Source: an uncultured delta proteobacterium (GTDB lineage Bacteria > Desulfobacterota > Desulfobacteria > Desulfobacterales > JAFDCJ01). Taken from it: a stretch of DNA of 64,000 bases. Each line of letters opens with the position of its first letter. The first letter of the stretch is position 1. Both the position numbers and the translations under genes were made by a program. Location: assembly GCA_963769935.1 (NCBI GenBank), contig CAVYNY010000022.1:192001-256000 (forward strand), read 5' to 3'. The notes below the pieces were generated by a model. That model was not told the DNA's origin. It ran no database searches and saw nothing but the letters and a program-made list of their open reading frames with translations. Positions 10,531 through 20,715 of this stretch are shown here, piece after piece.

Positions 10531-10580
10531 ACGCACCGTGCTCGCCGTTAGACCGCAACCAATCGGCAAAAGGAAACTAT

Positions 10581-11864
10581 ATGATCCTGGCGGTATTAAT
10601 CGGCGTATTATTGGTCACGATGATTTTGGCGGTCCCGATTGCCTGGTGTCTGGGGGTCAGCGGCCTGGTGGCCCTTATTCTGATGGATATGCCGCTGTCG
10701 ATCGTGCCGCAAAAGATTTTTTCCGGCATGGATATCTTCCCCATGTTGTGTCTGCCGTTTTTTATCCTGGCCGGGGAGATCATGGCGCACGGCGGCATAT
10801 CCAAAAGATTGCTCAATTTTGCGGTGATCTGCATCGGTTTTGTGAGGGGCGGATTGGCTTTGGCCAATGTGATGGCCAGCATGCTCTTCGGTGGCATTAC
10901 CGGAGCGGCCACCGCGGACGCTTCCGCATTGGGATCGGTGGAAATTCCGATGATGGTCGAAAACGGCTATGATGCGAAATTCTCGGCCGCAATCACGGCG
11001 GCATCGGCTTGCATCGGGCCCATCATTCCGCCCAGTTTGCCGGTGGTGATCTACGCCCTTGCCGTCAGCGGTGTGTCGATCGGTGGACTGTTTGCGGCCG
11101 GCATGATTCCGGGGATTCTGGTCGGCATTGCGCTGATGGTTGCCAGTTACATCATTTCGGTGCGGCGCCAGTACCCCAAGCGCGAATACAAGGTAAGTGC
11201 ACGCGAAATTGTCACCTCAACCAAAGATGCAATCCTGGCGATCATCACCCCTTTGATCATCATCGGCGGCATCGTCGGCGGTATTTTCACGCCCACAGAG
11301 GCCGCTTCCGTGGCCGTCGTGTATTCATTTGTAATCTCAGTTTTTGTTTACCGCGAGCTGAAAATTTCCGATTTGCCAGGCATGTTTTTGAGGAGCGGTG
11401 TAATTTCAGCGGTCGTCATGATTATCATCGCCACGGCCAACATTTTCGGAGTGGTGGTCGCTTTTGAGCAGCTGGCCGAGAAGCTCGAGGTGCTCGTTCA
11501 GCCGCTGGGGTACTACGGATTCATTCTGGCCATCAATGTTATTTTCCTGGTCGTCGGCATGTTTATGGATCAGAATCCGGCCATTTTGATTTTAGCGCCT
11601 GTTTTTGCTCCGATTGCGGCCAACCTGGGAATCGAACCGATCCATTTCGGCATTATCGTCATCATGAACCTGGTGATTGGGTTGATTACCCCGCCTCTGG
11701 GACAGGTCCTCTTTGTTGTCTGCCCGATTGCCAAAGTATCGTTCGAAGAAGTTGCCAGAGAAATTTTTGTCTTTATCCTGGTGGAAATCGGCGTCCTAAT
11801 GCTGGTAAGCTATGTGCCGATTATCTCGACGTTTATTCCGCGACTTTTTGGTTATATTCATTAA
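10581..11864 (+). CDS. dctM: TRAP transporter large permease
   Basis: PFFILAG, IIPPS, FTPTEAA, GLITPPLG. Confidence 0.94.
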   Translation: MILAVLIGVLLVTMILAVPIAWCLGVSGLVALILMDMPLSIVPQKIFSGMDIFPMLCLPFFILAGEIMAHGGISKRLLNFAVICIGFVRGGLALANVMASMLFGGITGAATADASALGSVEIPMMVENGYDAKFSAAITAASACIGPIIPPSLPVVIYALAVSGVSIGGLFAAGMIPGILVGIALMVASYIISVRRQYPKREYKVSAREIVTSTKDAILAIITPLIIIGGIVGGIFTPTEAASVAVVYSFVISVFVYRELKISDLPGMFLRSGVISAVVMIIIATANIFGVVVAFEQLAEKLEVLVQPLGYYGFILAINVIFLVVGMFMDQNPAILILAPVFAPIAANLGIEPIHFGIIVIMNLVIGLITPPLGQVLFVVCPIAKVSFEEVAREIFVFILVEIGVLMLVSYVPIISTFIPRLFGYIH

Positions 11865-11964
11865 TTCTAACATGGTCTGGAGAAGTTCTGGCGTCTTATT
11901 TGCAGTTTTTATGCGGCATATTCGCAAACCTTACTACCAAGGGCACGATGTCCAAGAAGAAACC

Positions 11965-12738
11965 ATGACAACAACCAAAGGATTCCTCATCGATCTTGAC
12001 GGTGTCGTCTACATTGAAGACCAGACGATTCCAGGTGCGGTAGAAACGGTGAATTGGCTGCGGCGGCAGGGATTTCCCATCCGCTTTCTGACCAACACCA
12101 CCATGCGTTCCCGTGACTCGCTGGTTGCCAAGCTTTTACGGTTCGGTATTCAGGCCGCGTCCGGGGAGATGTTCAGCACTGCCGTAGTGGCCGCCCGATG
12201 GTTGGCAGATAAAGGCGTTTCGCGTGTGCAGCTTCTTCTGACCGAAGATGCCAAAAAGGACTTTGCCGGTTTTGAAATAACGGACAGCCAACCGGAGGTC
12301 GTCGTGGTAGGGGATATGGGTTCGGCATTTACATTCGACGTCCTGAACAGCGCCTTTCTTTCGGTCAAAGCCGGTGCGCAGCTGATTGCGCTGCAAAAGA
12401 GCCGTTACTGGCAGACGAAGAAGGGACTGGCGCTGGATGCCGGTGCGTTCGTGACGGCGCTGGAGTATGCAACGGAGACCGAAGCGGCGCTTATCGGCAA
12501 GCCGAACCGGGCTTACTTTGATATGGCGCTGCTGGATATAGGACTTGCCCCCTCCCAGGTGGCCATGATCGGCGATGACATCCATACGGATATCGTCGGG
12601 GCCCAGGCCGTCGGGATGCCGACAATCCTGGTCCGAACGGGCAAGTATGCCTATGATGCGCAAAAACCGCTGCCCGTGCAACCCGACTGGACCATCGATT
12701 CCATAGCCGAACTGCCGGCGCTGCTGGGTGTTCAGTGA
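11965..12738 (+). CDS. HAD-superfamily subfamily IIA hydrolase (LHPP-like)
   Basis: DLDGV, LTNTT, IGKP, MIGDDIHTDI, VRTGKY. Confidence 0.92.
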   Translation: MTTTKGFLIDLDGVVYIEDQTIPGAVETVNWLRRQGFPIRFLTNTTMRSRDSLVAKLLRFGIQAASGEMFSTAVVAARWLADKGVSRVQLLLTEDAKKDFAGFEITDSQPEVVVVGDMGSAFTFDVLNSAFLSVKAGAQLIALQKSRYWQTKKGLALDAGAFVTALEYATETEAALIGKPNRAYFDMALLDIGLAPSQVAMIGDDIHTDIVGAQAVGMPTILVRTGKYAYDAQKPLPVQPDWTIDSIAELPALLGVQ

Positions 12739-12740
12739 CC

Positions 12741-12854
12741 CTGGATGCTGGATGCTGGATGTGGATGCTGGATAGTGGATGAAAGCAGCTCATAGCTCAT
12801 AGGAATGAGGTTAAAGGCAAAAGGCAAAAGGTTAAAGGCCCAAGGCGCAAGGCA
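12741..12854. repeat. Composite 7-mer tandem repeats (CTGGATG, AGCTCAT, AAAGGCA, CAAGGCG)
   Basis: Consecutive heptamer arrays directly after the HAD stop codon. Confidence 0.8.
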
Positions 12855-13009
12855 TTTAGCATTGAACTGATGATTTAAGCCTTGACACGGATTCGGTTGC
12901 GAGCCATATTTTTATCATAGCATTGAAGACTTGATCCTCGGGGTCAGGATTCTCTACTAATATCGACATGAGTTGTTGGGTTTAAAATAAATGCAAAAGG
13001 TTAGACACC

Positions 13010-13603
13010 ATGGAATATGTTGAACCGCCGCCTGCCCCCAAGCCGGAAGAAGAGGAGCCGCAGGAAAAATTCCGCAAAGTTCTGATAGAGCCGGATGAGG
13101 AAAGGCAGATTGTCATTCAGAAAGCTCAAGTCCGGGATGTGCAGGAAATTCTCGATTTAATCAACGGGTATGCCGCCGCAGAGATGATGCTGCCCAGGGG
13201 ACCCCAGTATTTATATGAAAACATCAGAGATTTTGTGATTGCCAGTGACCACAGGGTTCCGGTCTACAGCATGCTGGAAACCAGGGAAGTGTTGCATCTG
13301 ATTGTGGGCTGCGGCAGCCTGCACGTTCTTTGGGATGATATGGCCGAAATCAGAGCGCTGGCGATGCACCCGGATTACAAGCACCTGGGACTGGGAAGCA
13401 AGCTGGTCGACTTCATGATTAAAGAGGCCAAGAAACTGGGTATCAAACGCTTGTACACGTTTACGTTGACCGAAGATTTTTTCAAACCCCTCGGATTCAA
13501 GCAGCTAAAACGCGATGAACTTCCGCCCAAGATGTGGGGGGAATGCAGCCGTTGTCCGAAATATTTCAAGTGTGATGAAGTGGGGATGGTACGGGTGCTT
13601 TAG
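13010..13603 (+). CDS. GNAT N-acetyltransferase, short ArgA (N-acetylglutamate synthase)-like
   Basis: MLPRG..YLYENIRDF, AEIRALA, GLGSKLV, LPPKMWGECSRCPK. Confidence 0.82.
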   Translation: MEYVEPPPAPKPEEEEPQEKFRKVLIEPDEERQIVIQKAQVRDVQEILDLINGYAAAEMMLPRGPQYLYENIRDFVIASDHRVPVYSMLETREVLHLIVGCGSLHVLWDDMAEIRALAMHPDYKHLGLGSKLVDFMIKEAKKLGIKRLYTFTLTEDFFKPLGFKQLKRDELPPKMWGECSRCPKYFKCDEVGMVRVL

Positions 13604-13721
13604 GGATATTGGATTTCGGATTTCAGATTTTTTTCTATTCAATATTTTTTCGTTTTAGTGATTTTGTTATAATCCAATCTTCACGTGACAGTTTTTATCT
13701 GTCGGAAGGACAAGTTAAGGC

Positions 13722-14969
13722 ATGCCCGGCAAAAAAGGGAATTTGTCAAGAAGGGACCTTATTAAAACTGCTTGTGCAGCCGGTCTGGGATCGGTACTGG
13801 TGCCCTTGAACTCCTTGACCCCGGCGGCATATGGCAGCGCTCCAACCAAGATGCCTGAACAAATGACGGTGCCGACGCGGCCGTTTGGAAAAACCGGGGT
13901 AGATGTATCTTCGCTGGCCCTGGGTGGTGTATTGGACATGTCAGACCAGCTCATGTTCAGGCAAGCTCTTAAAATAGGCGTAACCTATTGGGATACGGCT
14001 GATTCATATGGATGGGGCAAAAATGAAAAGGCAATCGGCAAATACTTTGCCAAGTTTCCCGACGACCGGAAAAAAGTGTTCCTGGTAACCAAAGCCGCTA
14101 CTTCAGATCCGCAAATTTTAACCGAGAAATTAAATACCTCACTTCAGAGAATGAATACATCGTATATCGATATGTATTTCATTCACTATGTGAGTAATGT
14201 TAAAAATGAACTGACCGATGAAGTCAAAGCCTGGGCTGAAAAAGCCAAAGCCAATGGAAAGATTCGTTTTTTTGGATTCAGCGCCCATAAAAATATGGCA
14301 AACAGTATGCTTGCGGCAGCAAAACTTGGCTGGATCGATGGCATAATGGCAAGCTGCAATTACCGATTGATGGTAAAAGACGAAATGAAAAAAGCGATCG
14401 AGGCCTGCGTTAAGGCCGGAATAGGATTGACGGCCATGAAAACACAGGCTGCTTTCTCGGCAAATTTTTATGCTTCGATCGGATCCGAAACTGATGATGC
14501 GCTGAATATGACCGAAAGTTTTTTAAAAAAAGGATATACCGCTGAGCAGGCCAAACTTAAGGTTGTGTGGGAAAATCCAAACATTGCCAGCATCTGCTCG
14601 GCGATGCCGAATATGACCATCCTGCAGGCGAATGTTGCCGCGGCCTTGAATAAGACGAACTTATCTGAGGGTGACAAACAACGCCTGGAACAATATGCCC
14701 GAGACACCGCTCCCGGCTACTGTACCGGCTGCGCGAATATCTGTGAACCGGCAGTCGATCTTAATATTCCCATCAGCGATATGTTGCGCTATTCCATGTA
14801 CCATCACGGCTATGGAGAACGAGATCGGGCGCAAAAGTTATTCCATGCGCTGCCGGCAGATGTTAGGGCAAATATTCAGGCAGCCGACTTTTCTAAGGCT
14901 GAAAAATACTGTCCTCAAAAAATTCAAATCGGCAAGATTTTGAAGAATACACTTGAAGATTTAACTTAA
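13722..14969 (+). CDS. Aldo/keto reductase with Tat-like signal and C-terminal Cys cluster
   Basis: SRRDLIK, WDTADSY, YIDMYFIH, GLTAMKT, CTGCANIC...CP. Confidence 0.88.
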   Translation: MPGKKGNLSRRDLIKTACAAGLGSVLVPLNSLTPAAYGSAPTKMPEQMTVPTRPFGKTGVDVSSLALGGVLDMSDQLMFRQALKIGVTYWDTADSYGWGKNEKAIGKYFAKFPDDRKKVFLVTKAATSDPQILTEKLNTSLQRMNTSYIDMYFIHYVSNVKNELTDEVKAWAEKAKANGKIRFFGFSAHKNMANSMLAAAKLGWIDGIMASCNYRLMVKDEMKKAIEACVKAGIGLTAMKTQAAFSANFYASIGSETDDALNMTESFLKKGYTAEQAKLKVVWENPNIASICSAMPNMTILQANVAAALNKTNLSEGDKQRLEQYARDTAPGYCTGCANICEPAVDLNIPISDMLRYSMYHHGYGERDRAQKLFHALPADVRANIQAADFSKAEKYCPQKIQIGKILKNTLEDLT

Positions 14970-14998
14970 GCGCGAGCATTTTTAAAGGGAAAATCTTT

Positions 14999-16108
14999 AT
15001 GTCAGCACCCTCGGACTATAACGGAAACGCATTTGTCCGTTTCGAAGGAATTGAAAAAAGTTTCGATGGCGAAACCCTGGTCATCAAGAATCTTAACCTT
15101 GAAATTGCCAAGGGTGAATTTCTTACCATGCTTGGACCTTCAGGGTCCGGCAAAACAACAACTCTGATGATGCTGGCTGGATTTGAAACCCCGACCCATG
15201 GTGAGATTTTTCTGGCTGAACAGCCGATCGGCAACATTCCGCCCCACAAGCGCAATATCGGTATGGTTTTCCAGAATTATGCCCTGTTTCCCCACATGAC
15301 GGTCAGCGAAAATCTATCGTATCCGCTCGCAGTCAGAAAGCGGCCGAAGCGCGAGATTAAAGAAAGGGTTGCCAAAGCACTTGAAATGGTTGAGCTCAGG
15401 GGATTCGAAGGCCGGTTTCCGGCCCAGTTATCCGGCGGTCAGCAGCAACGGGTGGCACTGGCGCGGGCCCTTGTTTTCGAACCGCATCTGGTGCTCATGG
15501 ATGAACCGCTGGGGGCGCTTGACAAAAACCTGCGCGAGCAGATGCAGTATGAAATCAGGCACATCCATGACGAATTGAACGTCACCGTGGTCTATGTTAC
15601 CCACGATCAGAGTGAGGCTATGACCATGTCCAATAGAGTTGCCGTGTTCGATGACGGCGTCATCCAGCAGCTCTCCACGCCGGATGTGTTGTACGAAGAA
15701 CCTGAAAATGCCTTTGTGGCCCAGTTTATCGGTGAAAACAACAAAATCTCCGGCGAGGTGACCGAACTCGTAGAAGATCGATGCATCGTTAAAGTTAACA
15801 GCGGGGAGGTGGTCAAGGCCCTGATGGTCAATGTCGACAAGACCGGCGATCGAACCACCCTCTCCCTGCGCCCTGAAAGAGTCACCCTCAATCCGGCCGC
15901 GGGAAGTCTTGAAAATATTTTTGAAGGCACGGTGAGAGAATTGATTTATCTCGGTGACCACCTGCGGACCCGCATCAACGTGTGCGGCAATGATGACTTC
16001 ATCGTCAAAGTGCCCAACGCGGCCGGCCGATTAAAAATCAGCAGGGGTGAAAAGATCAACGTGGGGTGGACCGCTGAGGATTGCAGAGCATTGGATTTCT
16101 TACCATAG
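14999..16108 (+). CDS. Polyamine-type ABC transporter ATP-binding protein (PotA-like)
   Basis: GPSGSGKT, LSGGQQQR, MDEPLGALD, TOBE-like C-terminus. Confidence 0.93.
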   Translation: MSAPSDYNGNAFVRFEGIEKSFDGETLVIKNLNLEIAKGEFLTMLGPSGSGKTTTLMMLAGFETPTHGEIFLAEQPIGNIPPHKRNIGMVFQNYALFPHMTVSENLSYPLAVRKRPKREIKERVAKALEMVELRGFEGRFPAQLSGGQQQRVALARALVFEPHLVLMDEPLGALDKNLREQMQYEIRHIHDELNVTVVYVTHDQSEAMTMSNRVAVFDDGVIQQLSTPDVLYEEPENAFVAQFIGENNKISGEVTELVEDRCIVKVNSGEVVKALMVNVDKTGDRTTLSLRPERVTLNPAAGSLENIFEGTVRELIYLGDHLRTRINVCGNDDFIVKVPNAAGRLKISRGEKINVGWTAEDCRALDFLP

Positions 16109-16173
16109 GTTGGACTTTAAATCCGATGATGGGGCATTACCTGAATTGCCGGAATTGCTGTGCAAACTTGGTA

Positions 16174-16257
16174 TAAGCTGATAGCTCATAGCTGATAGTT
16201 GATGGTTTTAAGGATTGAACCTTTTTTCTATGAACTATGAGCTACGAGCTTTAGCCT
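16174..16257. repeat. 7-mer repeat hairpin (AGCTGAT/AGCTCAT ... CTATGAG)
   Basis: Forward array followed by its reverse-complement array, between convergent genes. Confidence 0.75.
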
Positions 16258-16314
16258 TATAAGCACCTCTATTTCGGCCAAATTCGAGTTCTCGCAAAGC
16301 GCAATATTTTTATT

Positions 16315-17166
16315 CTAGGTTGGTCTTATCCCTCGCAGCCTCTCCGAGCGGCGCCGCAGCAGTTCCACCGTCGTCAGCAGCGCTACGGCCACTGCAATCA
16401 GAACGGTTGCCACCGCCAGGATGGTCGGGCTGATTTGCTCCCGGATGCCCACCCACATTTGACGCGGAATGGTGCGCTGCTCAAATCCGGAAAGAAATAA
16501 TACCACCACAATTTCATCAAAGGATGTCACCAGTGCAAAGAGTGCACCGGAGATGACGCCGGGCAGTATCAAAGGCATGACGACTTTGCGAAAGGTGGTT
16601 ACCGGATTGGCTCCCAGGCTGGCCGAAGCCCGGATCAGATCCTGGTCAAATCCCATCAGGGTGGCTGTCACCGTGATAACGACAAACGGAATGCCCAGAA
16701 CCGTATGCGCTATGATGAGGCCCGGGTAGGTTTGCGCCAGTCCGATTTTTGAATAGAAAAAAAACATGCCGGCGGCGGTAATAATCAGCGGCACGATCAT
16801 CGGGGAGATAAGAAGACTCATTAATGGCACGCGGAACGGCGTCTGAGGGCGGCTCAACCCCCAGGCCGCGAGAGTGCCGAAAAAGGTTGCAAAAATAGTT
16901 GCAAAAAAACCGATAATAATGCTGTTTTTAATAGAGAAGATCCATTGGGGATTTTTTATAATATCCTGATACCATCGGGTGGAAAAGGCGCTCGACTTGA
17001 ATGTCAACATTCCCTGGGTAAAGGTAAAATAGGGCTCGGCATTAAATGACAGGGGAATTAAGACAACGATCGGCGCGATCAGAAAAAACAGAACCAGTCC
17101 GCAGATAATTCTGAAAGTATAGTACCAGGTTTTTTCAAGCCCACCGGCGTAGGTCGGAAGAGACAC
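16315..17166 (-). CDS. Polyamine-type ABC permease (PotC-like)
   Basis: STRWY, SPMIVP, ASLGA, SFDE. Confidence 0.92.
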   Translation of the reverse strand: MSLPTYAGGLEKTWYYTFRIICGLVLFFLIAPIVVLIPLSFNAEPYFTFTQGMLTFKSSAFSTRWYQDIIKNPQWIFSIKNSIIIGFFATIFATFFGTLAAWGLSRPQTPFRVPLMSLLISPMIVPLIITAAGMFFFYSKIGLAQTYPGLIIAHTVLGIPFVVITVTATLMGFDQDLIRASASLGANPVTTFRKVVMPLILPGVISGALFALVTSFDEIVVVLFLSGFEQRTIPRQMWVGIREQISPTILAVATVLIAVAVALLTTVELLRRRSERLRGIRPT

Positions 17167-17180
17167 CGTTGCTACCTTTT

Positions 17181-17517
17181 GTTAAGTTCTCAAGTTCGTG
17201 AACTGATGAGCTCGTAAGCTCGTGAGCTGTTGAGCTAGTGAGCTTGTAAGTTCGTAAGTTCTTAAGTTCATGAGTTCGTGAGCTGGTAAGCTGTTGAGCT
17301 CGTAAGCTCGTAAGTTCTAAGATTCCTGAGTCGATAAGTCAGAATTAGGGAATAAATATGCTTTAACTTAAGATCTCAAGAATTTACGAACTTATCGACT
17401 CATGAGCTCACGCACTCATCAACTTGCGAACTCATCAGTTATCTTATTCGTTTTGGCTTATGAGCTTACGAACTCACCAGCTATCCTATATGTTTTTGCT
17501 CATCAGCTTACCAGCTA
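17181..17517. repeat. Large 8-mer repeat hairpin (GAGCTCGT/AAGTTCGT ... ACGAACTC)
   Basis: Long octamer array, AT-rich spacer, then reverse-complement copies; lies between the two permease genes. Confidence 0.88.
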
Positions 17518-17522
17518 TCATG

Positions 17523-18779
17523 TCAGCCCAGTTTCATATTCTCGATGCCGACGATGCGGTTGTAGAGCCAGTAGATCGCCAATACCCCGGCCAGCAGAAT
17601 CGTGCCCATGGCGGCGGCCAGACCCCAGTTCAAGGTTTTACTCATGTGCAGGGCAATAAAGTTGCCGATCAACTGGCCGGATGCACCTCCCACGAGAGCC
17701 GGCGTAATATAATAGCCGATGGCCAAAATAAACACCAGGAGGCCGCCGGCCCCGATTCCCGGCACTGTCAGGGGCAAATATACCTGGCGGAATGCCCGAA
17801 AGGGGTCGGCCCCCAGTGAGCGGGCCGCTTTGACATAGGACGGGGAAATGGTCTTCATGACGCTGTAAAGCGGCAGTATCATAAACGGCAGCAGGATGTG
17901 AGTCATAGCGACCAGGGTTCCCGTCATATTGTAAACCATGCGAATGCGGTGCGCGTCGGATACCAACCCCAGCCAGACCAAAATATCGTTTAAAACCCCC
18001 TGGTTTTGCAGCAGCACAATCCAGCTGGTCAAACGAACCAACAAAGAGGTCCAGAAGGGCAGGAGCACGCAGATCATCAATAAATTGCTGATTCGAACCG
18101 GCAGCTTTGACAGCAGGTAGGCCACCGGATAGCCCATGAGCAGACACAGGGCGGTTACCGCCAGGCTTACCCACAGGGTCCGAAGCCAGATCGCATTGTG
18201 AATGCGCTGAACTTTCGGCTGAGCGACAATATGATTATCCACATCATATTTTAAATCAAATGCCGCCAGATAGTGGGTGGTGTTGAAGCGTTTGCCCATG
18301 CGTTTGATGACCACCCAGGTTTCACGGTCCGCCCAGCCCTGATCGATAGCGATCATCTTGTCCTTAAACGGTCCTGTCTTGATTCTTCCCACCCGGCGTG
18401 CGGTTTTGTTCAGCAGGCTGCGCATACCGGTTTTTTCATAGTTCAATCTCAATGTTACCTGGCCGAGGGTTTTGTCCCCATGACGCAGTTTCAACTCTTC
18501 CGCCAGGGCTGCGAAAACCGATTCATCCGGCAGGCCGCTGGAGCCATCCCATCCCTTCAGGGAATTAATGGTTTTTGGCAGCAATTCGACGACTTCCGGC
18601 GTGTGGATGCTGAGGATCAACATGTCGAATATCGGGATGAGAAAGGCAAATGTAATTAACAGAAGGGTGGGGACGACAAATAAAAAAGAGCGGATCTTGT
18701 TCCTGCGTTCGGCCCGACGGAGGCTGACTTTTAACGGGATTCCGTCGGCTGTTGTTATATGTGTTGTCTGCTTATGCAT
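17523..18779 (-). CDS. Polyamine-type ABC permease (PotB-like, long periplasmic loop)
   Basis: LLPFWTSLLVR, AARSLGA, GYYITPALVGG, NWGLAAA. Confidence 0.92.
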   Translation of the reverse strand: MHKQTTHITTADGIPLKVSLRRAERRNKIRSFLFVVPTLLLITFAFLIPIFDMLILSIHTPEVVELLPKTINSLKGWDGSSGLPDESVFAALAEELKLRHGDKTLGQVTLRLNYEKTGMRSLLNKTARRVGRIKTGPFKDKMIAIDQGWADRETWVVIKRMGKRFNTTHYLAAFDLKYDVDNHIVAQPKVQRIHNAIWLRTLWVSLAVTALCLLMGYPVAYLLSKLPVRISNLLMICVLLPFWTSLLVRLTSWIVLLQNQGVLNDILVWLGLVSDAHRIRMVYNMTGTLVAMTHILLPFMILPLYSVMKTISPSYVKAARSLGADPFRAFRQVYLPLTVPGIGAGGLLVFILAIGYYITPALVGGASGQLIGNFIALHMSKTLNWGLAAAMGTILLAGVLAIYWLYNRIVGIENMKLG

Positions 18780-18807
18780 GCGGTATAATTGTAGTTCTAA
18801 TGAATTA

Positions 18808-18840
18808 GAAAGGGCGGGCCTGAAGCGCCACCCGCCCTTT
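18808..18840. terminator. Stem-loop downstream of the binding-protein gene
   Basis: AAAGGGCGGG-N12-CCCGCCCTTT inverted repeat; terminator or mRNA stabiliser. Confidence 0.6.
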
Positions 18841-18867
18841 CTATTTTTCTAATCGCGCCTCTATTTT

Positions 18868-19968
18868 TTACTTGGCCATCCAGGCGCTGTAGCGTTTCAG
18901 GACCTCATCCTGATGATCGGCCCACCACTCGTCATCGGTCTGCAGCGCATTTGTAAAGTTCTGCGGAGCGGTCGGCATGTGGGGTGCCATCTGAATATCC
19001 GTTCCGTGATACGTTGTTATCAACGGTACGGAAGATTTGCGGCTCGGGCCGTATGATATCCAGCTGGCCTGATCGGCCAGGGCTTGGGTGCTGGTGGCGA
19101 ACTTCAAGAACTCCAGTGCCGTCGCTTCATGCTTGGTGCCCTTTACGATGGCATAATTGTCCGTATTCCATACGTGGTGATCCCAGATAATCACAAACGG
19201 CTTGTTTTCTTTGACCACGGCATTGAAAATGCGGCCGTTGTAGGCCGTCGTCATCACTACCTCACCGTCGGCCAGCATCTGCGGGGGTTGGGCTCCGGCA
19301 TCCCAGAAAATTAAACTGCTTTTAATGGTGTCGAGTTTTTTAAAGGCGCGATCCAGGCCTGCGGGGGTTGACAACGTTTTATAGACTTCCGCCGGCGGAA
19401 CCCCGTCGGCCATCAAAGCAAACTCGAGCGCCACTACCGGCCGCTTGCTGATGCCGCGCATGCCGGGGAATTTTTTGACGTCAAAGAAATCTGCCAGCTT
19501 GGATGGCTTCTCTCCCGGGAATTTGGTTTTGTCATAGGCCACGATGGTTGTCCAGATGATGGTGGCCACGCCGCATTCGTGAATGGTGCCGGGCAGAAAA
19601 TCTTCAGTTGCCGGGGTGCCGTCCGGTGCCGGGGGCAACTTGGCGGGGTCAATCGGTTCAAAGAGACCTTCATCGCAGCCGCCCGTGAGGTCCTGCTTCT
19701 CGACATCTACGACATCCCAGGTGACATTGCCGGATTGCACCTGGGCCCTGATCTCGGCCAGGCCGCCGTTGTAGACTTCGGCGTTGACGGTAACACCCGT
19801 TTTTTTCATGAACGGTTTCTGGTAGGCCTCGATCTGGCTTGTTGAAAATGCGCCCCCGAAAGAAGTTACCGTAATGGACTCTGCTGCCAGCAAGGTTGTG
19901 CAAGGCACCAAAACAAAGATGGACAGCAATGCAATGCAATACTTCCCATTTCCTCGCAATAGTTTCAT
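18868..19968 (-). CDS. Polyamine-type ABC substrate-binding protein (PotD/PotF-like)
   Basis: Signal peptide; SFGGAF, WDVVD, KKFPGMRG, YNGRI. Confidence 0.9.
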   Translation of the reverse strand: MKLLRGNGKYCIALLSIFVLVPCTTLLAAESITVTSFGGAFSTSQIEAYQKPFMKKTGVTVNAEVYNGGLAEIRAQVQSGNVTWDVVDVEKQDLTGGCDEGLFEPIDPAKLPPAPDGTPATEDFLPGTIHECGVATIIWTTIVAYDKTKFPGEKPSKLADFFDVKKFPGMRGISKRPVVALEFALMADGVPPAEVYKTLSTPAGLDRAFKKLDTIKSSLIFWDAGAQPPQMLADGEVVMTTAYNGRIFNAVVKENKPFVIIWDHHVWNTDNYAIVKGTKHEATALEFLKFATSTQALADQASWISYGPSRKSSVPLITTYHGTDIQMAPHMPTAPQNFTNALQTDDEWWADHQDEVLKRYSAWMAK

Positions 19969-20332
19969 AGCTTTCTCTCCTTTCAATGAATAAGCCGGGT
20001 TAACATTCGGATAATTCCTGGTGGGTGAGCGTTATAATTTTTACATGGTTACATCAACTCAATTGACTTGTAAAGAATAAAAATGATTTTGATTCTGAAT
20101 GATTGGGGCAAGTTCAAAAAGGTGAAAAAGTTGTTAGAAGCGCAGCGTAAAAAGACGGCCGAATTGGGGCAGGAGATCACTAATGCCCGCCAGGCGCAGG
20201 CAGTGCCAGCCCAACGCCTGATTGCCGGAAACTTAATTTCATCCGCATAGGGTGTGATCAAGGCTATTCGGCGGACTTCAAGGAGGAATAGGGCAGGTGG
20301 GAGTGGTTTTTAGCCACGATTATCGGTATATG

Positions 20333-20635
20333 TCAGACAGAGTTAATCACGGTTAAAAACCGCTCCCACAACATCTCTGAACTGTGTTCAAGGCGGCGCG
20401 TGATTTTTGCCAGCCGGGCCAGTTCATTGGGATAGCGCGATACGGAAATGACGACCACCAGGCTTTGCGGTTCGGCGATGCTCAGCCAGTCGACGTCAGT
20501 GCTGTCACTGCCGCGGATAATATGGATGTTCTGACGGACTTTGGTCAAAGACCATCCCAAATAGTAGGCAAAAGTGTACGACAGGCGCGAGCCGATGACA
20601 TAAATGGTCGAACATTTTTCAAGGAGATCGACCAC
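20333..20635 (-). pseudogene. Fragment of a MurR/RpiR-family regulator (SIS domain)
   Basis: IYVIGSRLSYTFAYYLGWSL...VVISVSRYP; no N-terminal HTH; C-terminus degenerates. Confidence 0.7.
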
Positions 20636-20715
20636 TTTATATTGACATTTTTTGTTTCATTGTTGTATTCACATTCCAAATAAACAACTCGGACTTTCAC
20701 AATGAGGGAACACTT

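Noticed and set aside
17181..17517. CRISPR array
   Set aside because: Units are contiguous degenerate 8-mers with no unique spacers, and there are no cas genes in the window.
17402..17819. Short ORFs with repetitive peptides (also 42200-42421, 36728-36949)
   Set aside because: They result from reading through the 8-mer arrays; no RBS or homology is evident.
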